From the NCBI GenBank assembly GCA_036338595.1, contig JAYZBV010000049.1, positions 1 through 31,759 on the forward strand: a DNA stretch of 31,759 nt, written 5' to 3'. A program made the position numbers and the translations under genes. The notes below the pieces were generated by a model. The model did not search any database. It had not been told where the DNA came from and saw nothing but the letters and a program-made list of their open reading frames with translations. This stretch comes from Planctomycetota bacterium. Its GTDB lineage: Bacteria > Planctomycetota > UBA8108 > UBA1146. This document shows, one piece after another, positions 20,806 to 29,507 of the stretch; positions within the stretch are counted from its first letter, which is position 1; each line of letters begins with the position of its first letter.

Positions 20806-20888
20806 CCCTTCCATGGGCGGAACACGCCCTGGTGGACTCGACCAGCAAATGGTCGACCGCCCAGTTCTCCCAGGAAGGGACAAATACA

Positions 20889-21752
20889 ATGGGTGCTCGT
20901 GAGGTTGGCCTCGAAGCTTACTTTCTTGATATTAACCGCCACCCCCTCCTCACCAAAGAGGAAGAGATAGCGCTATCGATTCTCGTACGTCAGGGCGATC
21001 CTGAGGCACGGAACAAGATGGTTCTTTCAAATCTCCGCCTCGTCGTGAGCATCGCCAAGCACTATGTCGAGCGCGGCCTGCCGCTCCTCGATCTGATCGA
21101 GGAAGGAAACCTCGGACTACTGAAGGCGGTGGAGCGCTTCGATCCTGCTGCTGAGTGCCGGTTCAGCACATACGGCACCTGGTGGATCAAACAATCCATC
21201 AAACGAGCACTGATCGACACCGTGAAATCAGTTCGCATTCCTTCCTACATGGTCGAGACCATCACGAAGTGGAAGAAAGCTGCTGCTGACCTGGCCATCG
21301 AACTTGGCCGCCCCGCGCAATTTCATGAGATTGCCGAGCGGATGGAAATCCCGATGGAGAAGACAGAGATCATCCAGAACGCTCTCAATGTCGCAGACTC
21401 AGTCAGTCAGACCATCTCCATTGAGAACTCATGGACCATATCCGACATCATCGTGGACCCTTCACAGGCGCAACCTCACGTGTCTCTTGAGAAAAAGATC
21501 CAGGTCGAGATGATCCAGAATCTGCTCAGCCATCTGGACGAACGCGAGACAAAGATCCTTCGCATGAGGTACGGGCTCGATAATGGCGAGCCGATGACCC
21601 TCAAGGAGATCGGACAACGTGTGAACCTCTCTCGCGAACGAGTCCGTCAGATCGAGAACGATGCGCTTGGCAAACTGCAAGAGTTGGTTGCCGAAGGCCA
21701 GATCGAGCAGCCAGAGATCTACGACGAGCAACTCGAGGAGTCGATGGGTTAA
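20889..21752 (+). CDS. RNA polymerase sigma70-family factor, RpoD/RpoS-like without region 1.1
   Basis: PLLTKEEE, SNLRLVVSIAKHY, DLIEEGNLGLLKAVERFDP, FSTYGTWWIKQ, TLKEIG...SRERVRQIE. Start ATG 20889 after GGAAGGGA. Confidence 0.93.
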   Translation: MGAREVGLEAYFLDINRHPLLTKEEEIALSILVRQGDPEARNKMVLSNLRLVVSIAKHYVERGLPLLDLIEEGNLGLLKAVERFDPAAECRFSTYGTWWIKQSIKRALIDTVKSVRIPSYMVETITKWKKAAADLAIELGRPAQFHEIAERMEIPMEKTEIIQNALNVADSVSQTISIENSWTISDIIVDPSQAQPHVSLEKKIQVEMIQNLLSHLDERETKILRMRYGLDNGEPMTLKEIGQRVNLSRERVRQIENDALGKLQELVAEGQIEQPEIYDEQLEESMG

Positions 21753-21841
21753 TCCCGCAACTCTTCCCCCCCATCCAGGGTTCGGATAGCATTCCTGCTC
21801 GGAGGCAGATTCGAACCGCCGGCCACAGGAAGGGGGATCAT

Positions 21842-22387
21842 TTGGGCGATAGCACCGATGATCGTATCGATTTTCTCAGGAGCAGGATCCGTACCGTCGC
21901 CGATTTTCCCGAGCCCGGGATTCAGTTCAAGGACATCACTCCGCTTCTGGCGTGCCCGAAGGCATTTCCCGTTTCCATCGACCTGCTCGCGGACAAGGTG
22001 AAAGATCTCGGAGTCGAGATCATCGCTGCACCAGAGGCTAGGGGTTTTCTATTTGGCGTACCGCTGGCACTTCGCATGAAGGTCGGCTTCCTGCCCATCC
22101 GAAAACCTGGCAAGTTGCCACATGAAACCCATACGATCGAATACTCGCTCGAGTACGGAACCGATTCTGTAGAGATGCATGCGGATGCAGTTCAACCGGG
22201 TCAAAAAGTTCTCATGGTCGACGATGTCCTGGCAACCGGAGGAACCATGGCAGCTTGCTGTCAACTGGTGGAAAAGATGGGCGGGGTCGTCATTGGCTGC
22301 GCATTTCTGATGGAACTGACCTTTCTCGGTGGACGAGAAAAGCTACCCGATTCGCGCGTGATTCATCTTCTGGAGGAAACGGATTGA
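21842..22387 (+). CDS. apt: Adenine phosphoribosyltransferase
   Basis: DFPEPGIQFKDITPLL, EARGF, RKPGKLP, YSLEYG and PRPP motif VDDVLATGGT; TTG start with AGGAAGGGGG RBS. Confidence 0.95.
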   Translation: MGDSTDDRIDFLRSRIRTVADFPEPGIQFKDITPLLACPKAFPVSIDLLADKVKDLGVEIIAAPEARGFLFGVPLALRMKVGFLPIRKPGKLPHETHTIEYSLEYGTDSVEMHADAVQPGQKVLMVDDVLATGGTMAACCQLVEKMGGVVIGCAFLMELTFLGGREKLPDSRVIHLLEETD

Positions 22388-24030
22388 ATCGGAGTACTGC
22401 TCTTCGACTGGCGCGCGTTGCCACTGCTGAGGCAAAACGCGCCACCAGAGGCTTGCGCAAGCCTGGTTTCCCCAGGCTTTATTATCTTTCCTATCTGATA
22501 CGCGATCTCGATCTCTACGAGGTAGAGGCGCGCTACGGGTCGCTCTACCGAGATGAGCGCTACCAGAACAGAAACTGCCTTGCCGATGCTCGAGTAGGTA
22601 ACTATCGCCGTGACCAGGTCACCGATGGAGGCCTCTTCGACAACTCCAAGGAAGACGAGTCGCACGAGTATGTGGATTTACCGATATCCAACCGCTCCGA
22701 GCCGATGAAGATCGGCCTCTGGCGACTCACCGATGCCAAGTACCGGGAAGCTGAAGAGGCGTACATGAGGAAATGCGCTCATGAACTGACCTACCTCGAC
22801 ACCAGTGATCACCTCGGTGCATGGCAGAAGTGTCCGACCATCGATGATCGAGGGGGAGTAGATCTCCCCTCCATCGATAGCGACTACTGGTCTGCTTATG
22901 TCGAGAAAGCAAGCGCAGCGATGCTCGAATTCCCCAGGGTTCGCAACAGCCATGTCGAACTCAAGGTCAGGCACCAGACCAACCTCTTCGTGAACACGGA
23001 TGGTTCCATCGCCATCGAGAGTCATTCCTTCTGGCAACTGGAAGCCTATCTCTGGTTCCTCAGCAAGAAAGGGGATGGAATCCCCTGGACGGTGAGCCAT
23101 TTCACCCCTGATCCCGAGCAACTTCCCGATCTCAACTCCTTTCGCCGCGAGATCCGCAACGCCGCCCGGCTCCTTGAAAAAATCGCAGCCGCACCGCAGA
23201 TCCACTCCTATTCGGGTCCCGTGCTTCTGGAACCGGTTTCAGCCGGATTACTGATCCACGAGGCTCTCGGCCATCGACTCGAAGGGAATCGCCTCCGTGC
23301 CACGGGAGAGGCCAAGACCTTTGCGGACTCCCTGGGAGACAAGGTACTTCCCGATTTTCTCACGCTGCATGATGACCCGACTCAGGAATCCTGGATCGAT
23401 CCGGATGGGCAGCATCATGGCCTGGTCGGGCATTACAGATTTGATGATGAAGGCACCCCCGCTTCCGACGCTCGGCTGATCGAGCAGGGTCAATTGACTG
23501 GATTCCTCACCGGCAGAGTTCCGGTGGCGAAAAAGCACCGATCAAACGGGCATTCACGATCGAGAAGGCATGAACGATCGATGAGCCGCATGGGTGTGAC
23601 GATACTCGAGGCCTCGAATGCCCAGGATGAGAAATCGATGCGGCGGCAACTGATCGATCTGGTCAAGCAACAAGGCCTGCCGTACGGAATTCGTATCCTG
23701 GATGCCACTGGCGGTGAAACTGCGACCGATGCCTACGATTTTCAGGCGTTTCTTGGCGAAGTGAATCTGGCATCGCGAGTATTCCCCGATGGCAGAGAGG
23801 AACTGGTTCGGGGTGTGAACTTCATCGGAACCCCGCTCAATGCCATCCACGGAATCATCGCGGCGGGGAATCGCCCCGGACTCGACAACGCGTGGTGCGG
23901 AGCAGAGAGTGGCTTTGTTCCTGTCTCAACGATCAGCCCATCGTTGCTGGTCAAACACCTGGAGTTGCAGAGCAAGTCGGATACACCCTATACCCAGTAC
24001 TGTTATCCGATGCCCGGGGAGAAGCGATAA
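22384..24030 (+). CDS. TldD/PmbA-family metalloprotease (TldD-like)
   Basis: HEALGHRLEG zinc motif, DDPT, FDDEG, SNGH, and C-terminal CGAESG.VPVS..SP. TTG 22384 after GGAGGA overlaps the apt stop (TTGA). Confidence 0.85.
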   Translation: MNRSTALRLARVATAEAKRATRGLRKPGFPRLYYLSYLIRDLDLYEVEARYGSLYRDERYQNRNCLADARVGNYRRDQVTDGGLFDNSKEDESHEYVDLPISNRSEPMKIGLWRLTDAKYREAEEAYMRKCAHELTYLDTSDHLGAWQKCPTIDDRGGVDLPSIDSDYWSAYVEKASAAMLEFPRVRNSHVELKVRHQTNLFVNTDGSIAIESHSFWQLEAYLWFLSKKGDGIPWTVSHFTPDPEQLPDLNSFRREIRNAARLLEKIAAAPQIHSYSGPVLLEPVSAGLLIHEALGHRLEGNRLRATGEAKTFADSLGDKVLPDFLTLHDDPTQESWIDPDGQHHGLVGHYRFDDEGTPASDARLIEQGQLTGFLTGRVPVAKKHRSNGHSRSRRHERSMSRMGVTILEASNAQDEKSMRRQLIDLVKQQGLPYGIRILDATGGETATDAYDFQAFLGEVNLASRVFPDGREELVRGVNFIGTPLNAIHGIIAAGNRPGLDNAWCGAESGFVPVSTISPSLLVKHLELQSKSDTPYTQYCYPMPGEKR

Positions 24031-24043
24031 TAGTTGTCGCTAC

Positions 24044-25237
24044 TCATTGCAGTTGATCTGCAATATCAGAAAGCAGAGGACGAACGGCTTGAGTCATCAG
24101 GGCCCGGTTGGAACCCTCGCCCACGCGGGTCACGAAAAGGTCCGCTGAGTGCCTAGAGAGCCCGAACTCGTCCAGGCCAGCGACTCCTCCACAGACCTCC
24201 ATGGCGTCGAGCAACAATCTGGATGCCACGCGGCTACAATCGATTTTCAGTTTGGAGGCCTGCTCGCGCTCCATCGTCCCCTCGTCATAGCGCCTACCGA
24301 TGTGGACCAACCATGTCAGGTTACGCTCAAGAGCAATCTCCATCTCCAGGACCACATCCTGGACTCGCTGAAAACGCCCGATCGGTCCGCCGAACTGCTC
24401 TCGCTCCTGGACATACCTCCTGGTCTTGTCGAGTGCAAAAGCGAGTGACCCCAGCGCCAGGGAAGCAACAAACAGTCTTCCACCATTGAGTGTCGTGACC
24501 ATCACCTCGAAGCCCTCATCGAGACTGCCGAGGATGTCCCCCTCATCCGCTTCTACTCCATCGAGGGCGATCGAACCGGTAGATGAGAGCGGCCAGACTG
24601 TCTTTCCCTCCATCTCCTGGTAGTGCACTCCCTCCCGATCACGCGGGATGATGAAGCAAGTACTGCGATGGCCGTTTCGCCCATCCGGATCGGTGAGTGC
24701 ATGAACCACGATGTGGCTGGCCCATGCTGCATTCGTGCTCCAGCACTTTTCACCCCTCAGGATGAATTTCTCTCCGTCTCGAGTGGCCACCACTTCCGGA
24801 TTTGCTGCATCCGATCCTCGCCCCGGCTCCGACAAACCGAATGCAAACATCCGATTTCCTGCGGCAAGGTCAGATAAGTGCTGCTTCTTCTGACTGTCGG
24901 TTCCAAATTTATATAGAGGATTCGCCCCCAGCGAGACCGCTGCACCAGGAGTGATGGCAATCGACTGACTCTGGTACGAGAGCGCCAATCCGGCCAGCAA
25001 CAGATCTGTCAGTCCCCCACCTTGCCCACCATGCTGCTCTGGAATCGGCAATCCGAAGACTCCCATGTCGCCCAGCTGGCGGATGACCTGGTCAGGAACC
25101 AGCACCTTGCTGCGTTCCCAGCCGAGAAGCTGGGGCGCCAGTTCGTCGTCGGCATAACGAGCGATGGACTGGTAGAGAGCAAACCTCTCATCCTCCAGTA
25201 GCCCTTCGAGATGGTGATCGAGTCTTCGATGGCTCAT
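24044..25237 (-). CDS. Acyl-CoA dehydrogenase
   Basis: IPEQHGGQG, AFGLSEPGRGSD, LRGEKCWSTNA, REQFGGPIGRFQ, VGEGS. Start ATG 25237 (alternative 25258). Confidence 0.92.
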   Translation of the reverse strand: MSHRRLDHHLEGLLEDERFALYQSIARYADDELAPQLLGWERSKVLVPDQVIRQLGDMGVFGLPIPEQHGGQGGGLTDLLLAGLALSYQSQSIAITPGAAVSLGANPLYKFGTDSQKKQHLSDLAAGNRMFAFGLSEPGRGSDAANPEVVATRDGEKFILRGEKCWSTNAAWASHIVVHALTDPDGRNGHRSTCFIIPRDREGVHYQEMEGKTVWPLSSTGSIALDGVEADEGDILGSLDEGFEVMVTTLNGGRLFVASLALGSLAFALDKTRRYVQEREQFGGPIGRFQRVQDVVLEMEIALERNLTWLVHIGRRYDEGTMEREQASKLKIDCSRVASRLLLDAMEVCGGVAGLDEFGLSRHSADLFVTRVGEGSNRALMTQAVRPLLSDIADQLQ

Positions 25238-25351
25238 GAAACTCCCTGTGCTGTTCAATGAGAACGCTATAGACCTGTTACACCATGAATCGGCCCCGGT
25301 CTACCACACCCGCTCAACAGCCGGTCGTGGGTGATTCTGAAGCAAGGGCCG

Positions 25352-25390
25352 TGGTATCATCCAGCGGTACCAATTGGAGGAGGTGATCCA
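25352..25390 (+). promoter_or_regulatory. Candidate extended -10 element and very strong ribosome-binding site
   Basis: TGGTATCAT at 25352-25360 (TGn-TAnnnT) and AGGAGGTGATCCA at 25378-25390. Confidence 0.45.
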
Positions 25391-27228
25391 TGAGGTTTTC
25401 GCGATTCTCAAGGGCCACTACAGCCCTGTTCCTGGTGATTCTCTGGCCTGCCACAACATTGATCCACGCGCAATCCTGCCCGGATACGCTGCAGGCATTT
25501 CCAGATTATGGTCAGGATCAGATGATCATCGAGTGGAACCTGCCCATCGCAGGTCCAGGTGCAACCGAGTACCAGCTCTTCAGAAACGGCCAGTTGATCG
25601 CAACGGTCGATGGCGATATTGCAACCGCCACCGATGATGTCTCCTCCTTGGCCGCAAGTCGCCACCATGTTCTCGACTACGTACTGGTCACTGTAGGAAC
25701 TGCGGCACCCTGCCTCGATCTCACCGCTCGTGATTACTATTCCACGGGTGTCATCGCCCTGTTCGAGGACTTTGAAAATTATTCATCTGATATCGAGATG
25801 GAAAGTGCCGGAGGCTGGTCCATCGTCGATGAAAACAACCCGGTGGAGAACTCCACCTGGACCCTGACGAACCCCCTGGGAAGGCAACACCCACCGGGAA
25901 TCGATGGCCATCCGACACGAGGTGCCTTCGTCATCTCCGATAGTGACTACGGTGGTGCAACCAACACCAACCCGATCGGCTCGGGGATGTCTCACGACAT
26001 CTGGACCCCAACGATGAACTGCTCCGCAATGGGCCAGGTGGCATTACATGCGTCGGTGTGTGCACAGCTCAATGACAACGGTAACGCCATCTTCGACATC
26101 GATGTCAGCACCAACGGAGGAACCACCTGGGAAAATGCTTTCCGGAGAGTCGCCCCAACTCGTGTCACATCTGCGCCAGTAGTCACCGTGGAAGATGCAG
26201 ATGGCGTTTACCAGCTTCTGGAAGTAGACCTGTCTTCATATGCTGCGGGGCAGTCTTCTGTGCGGATTCGATTCCGTCATTTCGAGCCGAACTGGGACTG
26301 GTGGATCGCCATCGACGATGTGCTGGTCGATGACATCCTCGTATCTCCAGGTGGAGACACGATACTGCTCGAATCAGAGGACTTCTCCGCGGGTATTCCT
26401 GCAGATTGGCAGATCGACGGTCTCAACACAAACTCGCCACTTAATACCTGGAACACCGATGATCCCTGCAATCGCTCCATCACGCTCAACAACGGAGGTA
26501 CTTTTCCGTACCAGGGAGGAAGAGCAGTGAACCGCCTGGGAGATTACTTTGCGATCCTGGATTCCGACTGTAATCCGGACCCCACCGAAGATGAGCGGTT
26601 GATCACACCTGTTATCGATTGCTCAGCTGAGGAGCATGTCTACCTGCACTTCGATTCAGAGATGCTCCCTTACGGATCAGAAACTGTAGAAGTGTTATTG
26701 AGTATCGACGCTGGCAACTCGTTCATCCGTCCCGCGATATTTGCTGCTCCAACTTCCACAGCACCACAGCCCGGTGAAGAACCGCTGTATGGGCGTTTCG
26801 TATTCGAAGAACCTCGAGCAGCGGGGCAGTCGGAAGTCGCTTTCCTCTTCAAGTACACGAGTTCCGGCAATCAATGGTGGTGGGCTGTCGACAATGTCTC
26901 GATCACCGCGGGCGAGTACTCCGCAGTTCCGCCCCCTCCACCGGCTGGAACCGCATTCCGTCGCGGCGATTGCAACTGGGATAACTCCTTCAACATCGCC
27001 GATTGTGTCTATCTGCTGGCGACCCTCTTCAGTGGGGGTCCAACCAGTGATTGTCCAGATGCCTGTGACATGAATGACGATGGTTCCAACAACATCGCAG
27101 ATGCCATCACTGGCCTTGCGACTCTCTTCTCAGGAGCTGGCCCTCTGCCTGATCCTGGTAGCGATGCATGTGGGCTGGATCCCACTGATGACACTCAGGC
27201 GTGTGACCCGACCAGCGCTTGTTTCTGA
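25390..27228 (+). CDS. Secreted protein: FN3-like domain + two tandem MAM/cleaved-adhesin-like beta-sandwich domains + C-terminal dockerin-like domain
   Basis: Signal peptide ending IHA-Q. Repeated EDF...W...DSD...TP..CS....V.LH....S..G...AAGQS.V...F....WW.A.D.V pattern. Pro-rich linker, then RRGDCNWD..NIAD / DMNDDGSNNIAD. Confidence 0.8.
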   Translation: MRFSRFSRATTALFLVILWPATTLIHAQSCPDTLQAFPDYGQDQMIIEWNLPIAGPGATEYQLFRNGQLIATVDGDIATATDDVSSLAASRHHVLDYVLVTVGTAAPCLDLTARDYYSTGVIALFEDFENYSSDIEMESAGGWSIVDENNPVENSTWTLTNPLGRQHPPGIDGHPTRGAFVISDSDYGGATNTNPIGSGMSHDIWTPTMNCSAMGQVALHASVCAQLNDNGNAIFDIDVSTNGGTTWENAFRRVAPTRVTSAPVVTVEDADGVYQLLEVDLSSYAAGQSSVRIRFRHFEPNWDWWIAIDDVLVDDILVSPGGDTILLESEDFSAGIPADWQIDGLNTNSPLNTWNTDDPCNRSITLNNGGTFPYQGGRAVNRLGDYFAILDSDCNPDPTEDERLITPVIDCSAEEHVYLHFDSEMLPYGSETVEVLLSIDAGNSFIRPAIFAAPTSTAPQPGEEPLYGRFVFEEPRAAGQSEVAFLFKYTSSGNQWWWAVDNVSITAGEYSAVPPPPPAGTAFRRGDCNWDNSFNIADCVYLLATLFSGGPTSDCPDACDMNDDGSNNIADAITGLATLFSGAGPLPDPGSDACGLDPTDDTQACDPTSACF

Positions 27229-27293
27229 TCGAAGGCGATACACTCGACTCACTGAGGAGAATCCCTCATGATCTGCCAGCGTTGGGAGTGTAA

Positions 27294-29507
27294 ATGAACC
27301 TATCTGGCAGCATCTTCTCGCGTATCTGTGCCTTGACACTTCTGCTGGTGACCAGCGCCTGCCTTGCACAGGAACAACCGTCTCATGTCGGCAGGGCAAC
27401 CTGCGTTACCTGCCATCGAGAAGAACACTCCCTCTGGACCGGCTCCCATCACGATCTCGCCATGATGGAACTCGGTGACGAGGCGTGTCGTGCCCCCTTC
27501 GATGGCACCGAGGTCTCATCGGGAGGTGTGCTCTCCAGGTTCATGCTTGTCGACAACTCGCCCGTGATCGAGGTCGAAGATGCCGATGGCAAGAAATCTC
27601 TCCCTGTTCGCTACTTCTTTGGCACCAGTCCCTGCCAACAAGTGCTGATCGAGGGTGCCAACGGAAGACTTCAGTCCTATCCCGTGGCATGGGCAACACC
27701 CGAGGCGCAAGGGGGCGCACGCTGGTACACCCTGTTTCCCGATGAAAAAACCCCTCCAGGAGATCCGCTTCACTACTCGGGGATTCTCAATAACTGGAAT
27801 CATATGTGCGCCGAGTGCCACTCCACCGGTGTCGTCAAGAACTACGATCTGGCCACCGACACCTTTCGCACGCGCTGGCAAGAAATCGATGTCTCTTGCG
27901 AGGCTTGCCACGGCCCTGGAAGCGCGCATGTCTCCTGGGCAACCAGTTCGAAGCAAGAGGACGGCAAAAAGCCTGCGGCTCCGAAGCATTCCGGGTTTCC
28001 TGCAAATCTGTCTCGGGGATTGGCCACCTGGATTCGACCCGAGGGCGAAAAAGTGGCGCGCAGAAGCCCGCCCGTTTCTGATAGCGATGAAACGGAAACT
28101 TGCGCTCGCTGTCATTCCAGAAGAACCACTCTTGTAGACGGTTCCACACCCGGCTCACCCTTCTCGGAGACCCACCTGCTGAGCCTCATCGAAGCAGGTC
28201 TCTATCACGACGATGGCCAGATCCTGGATGAGGTCTATGTCTACGGATCCTTTCTTCAGAGCAGAATGCATGCCGAAGGCGTAACCTGCTCTGACTGTCA
28301 CGAGCCCCACAGCGGCGAGTTGCACATCGAAGGCAACTCTCTCTGCATCGGCTGCCACGATCCAGGAAGGTACGATCTTCCAGCGCACCACCACCATGAA
28401 ACCGGCACCCCGGGTGCCTCCTGTATCGAATGCCACATGGTCTCTCGAACCTACATGGGGGTGGATCCTCGCCGAGACCATTCCTTTCGTGTACCTCGCC
28501 CTGATCTATCGGTGCGAATTGGTACCCCGAATGCATGTACTGGTTGCCATGAAGATCAGGATTCCATCTGGGCGGCCCTGAAGGTTGTCGAGTGGTTCCC
28601 AGATGGTCGATCCGATGACTTCCACTGGGGTGAGGCTCTGCATGCCGCAAGAAGAGGAGCTCCCGTCGCACCGGAATTGATCCGGATGGTTCTCGAAGAT
28701 GAGAAGACCCCCGCCATCGTACGCGCCACCGTCATGGCGGCGTTGCCACCCTTTCTCGACAGATCCAACGTCGATCTACTACAGAGCGGTTTTTTCGATC
28801 CGGATCCGATGGTTCGTCGTCAGGCAACCCTGGCACTCGATGGAATCGGACTGCAGGACACCTACCTGATCCTGATCGACATGCTCAGTGATTCGAGCCT
28901 GATCGTTCGCACCGTTGCGGCAGAATTGCTGTCGCCCATCGAGTCCCAGATCGCATCCGATCCGAATGGGGCCGGACGATTGTTCAGCAAGGCACTCTCC
29001 GAATACATATCGATCCAACACATCAACTCGGATCGTCCCGAATCACATGTCAACCTGGGATCACTGGCAACGCGAAGAGGAAAGATCGATGAGGCCGTGA
29101 AGTGTTTCAAGGAAGCACTTCGCAGGACTCCATCCTTTGGGCCCGCTTCTGTCAATCTAGCCGATGCTCTGCGAACCCTTGATAGAGATGCAGAAGGGAT
29201 CGTGGTGCTACAGAAAGCGATCGAAAGGGTTGCAGAGGATGCAGGATTGCATCACGCATTGGGTCTTGCTCTGGTGCGAGTAGGCGAGAAAGGAAAGGCG
29301 CTGCTGTCGCTGAAACAGGCGGTACAACTCTCCCCGGAGTCACCTCGCTATGCGCTTGTCTATGCGGTCGCACTGAAGGATTCCGGAGAAACACAACTTG
29401 CGATTGAGACCCTGCAAGCAGCGCTCTTGATGCACCCCGATGATCGCTGGCTCAAGGGTGCACTTGAGGAATATCGCAGTGAACTGGAAGCGCCGGAAGA
29501 AGACTAG
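27294..29507 (+). CDS. Secreted octa-heme cytochrome c with C-terminal HEAT and TPR repeats
   Basis: Eight CxxCH motifs (CVTCH, CAECH, CEACH, CARCH, CSDCH, CIGCH, CIECH, CTGCH); signal peptide; DPDPMVRRQA HEAT-like repeat; TPR-like HVNLGSL, VNLADAL, HHALGLAL. Confidence 0.88.
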   Translation: MNLSGSIFSRICALTLLLVTSACLAQEQPSHVGRATCVTCHREEHSLWTGSHHDLAMMELGDEACRAPFDGTEVSSGGVLSRFMLVDNSPVIEVEDADGKKSLPVRYFFGTSPCQQVLIEGANGRLQSYPVAWATPEAQGGARWYTLFPDEKTPPGDPLHYSGILNNWNHMCAECHSTGVVKNYDLATDTFRTRWQEIDVSCEACHGPGSAHVSWATSSKQEDGKKPAAPKHSGFPANLSRGLATWIRPEGEKVARRSPPVSDSDETETCARCHSRRTTLVDGSTPGSPFSETHLLSLIEAGLYHDDGQILDEVYVYGSFLQSRMHAEGVTCSDCHEPHSGELHIEGNSLCIGCHDPGRYDLPAHHHHETGTPGASCIECHMVSRTYMGVDPRRDHSFRVPRPDLSVRIGTPNACTGCHEDQDSIWAALKVVEWFPDGRSDDFHWGEALHAARRGAPVAPELIRMVLEDEKTPAIVRATVMAALPPFLDRSNVDLLQSGFFDPDPMVRRQATLALDGIGLQDTYLILIDMLSDSSLIVRTVAAELLSPIESQIASDPNGAGRLFSKALSEYISIQHINSDRPESHVNLGSLATRRGKIDEAVKCFKEALRRTPSFGPASVNLADALRTLDRDAEGIVVLQKAIERVAEDAGLHHALGLALVRVGEKGKALLSLKQAVQLSPESPRYALVYAVALKDSGETQLAIETLQAALLMHPDDRWLKGALEEYRSELEAPEED

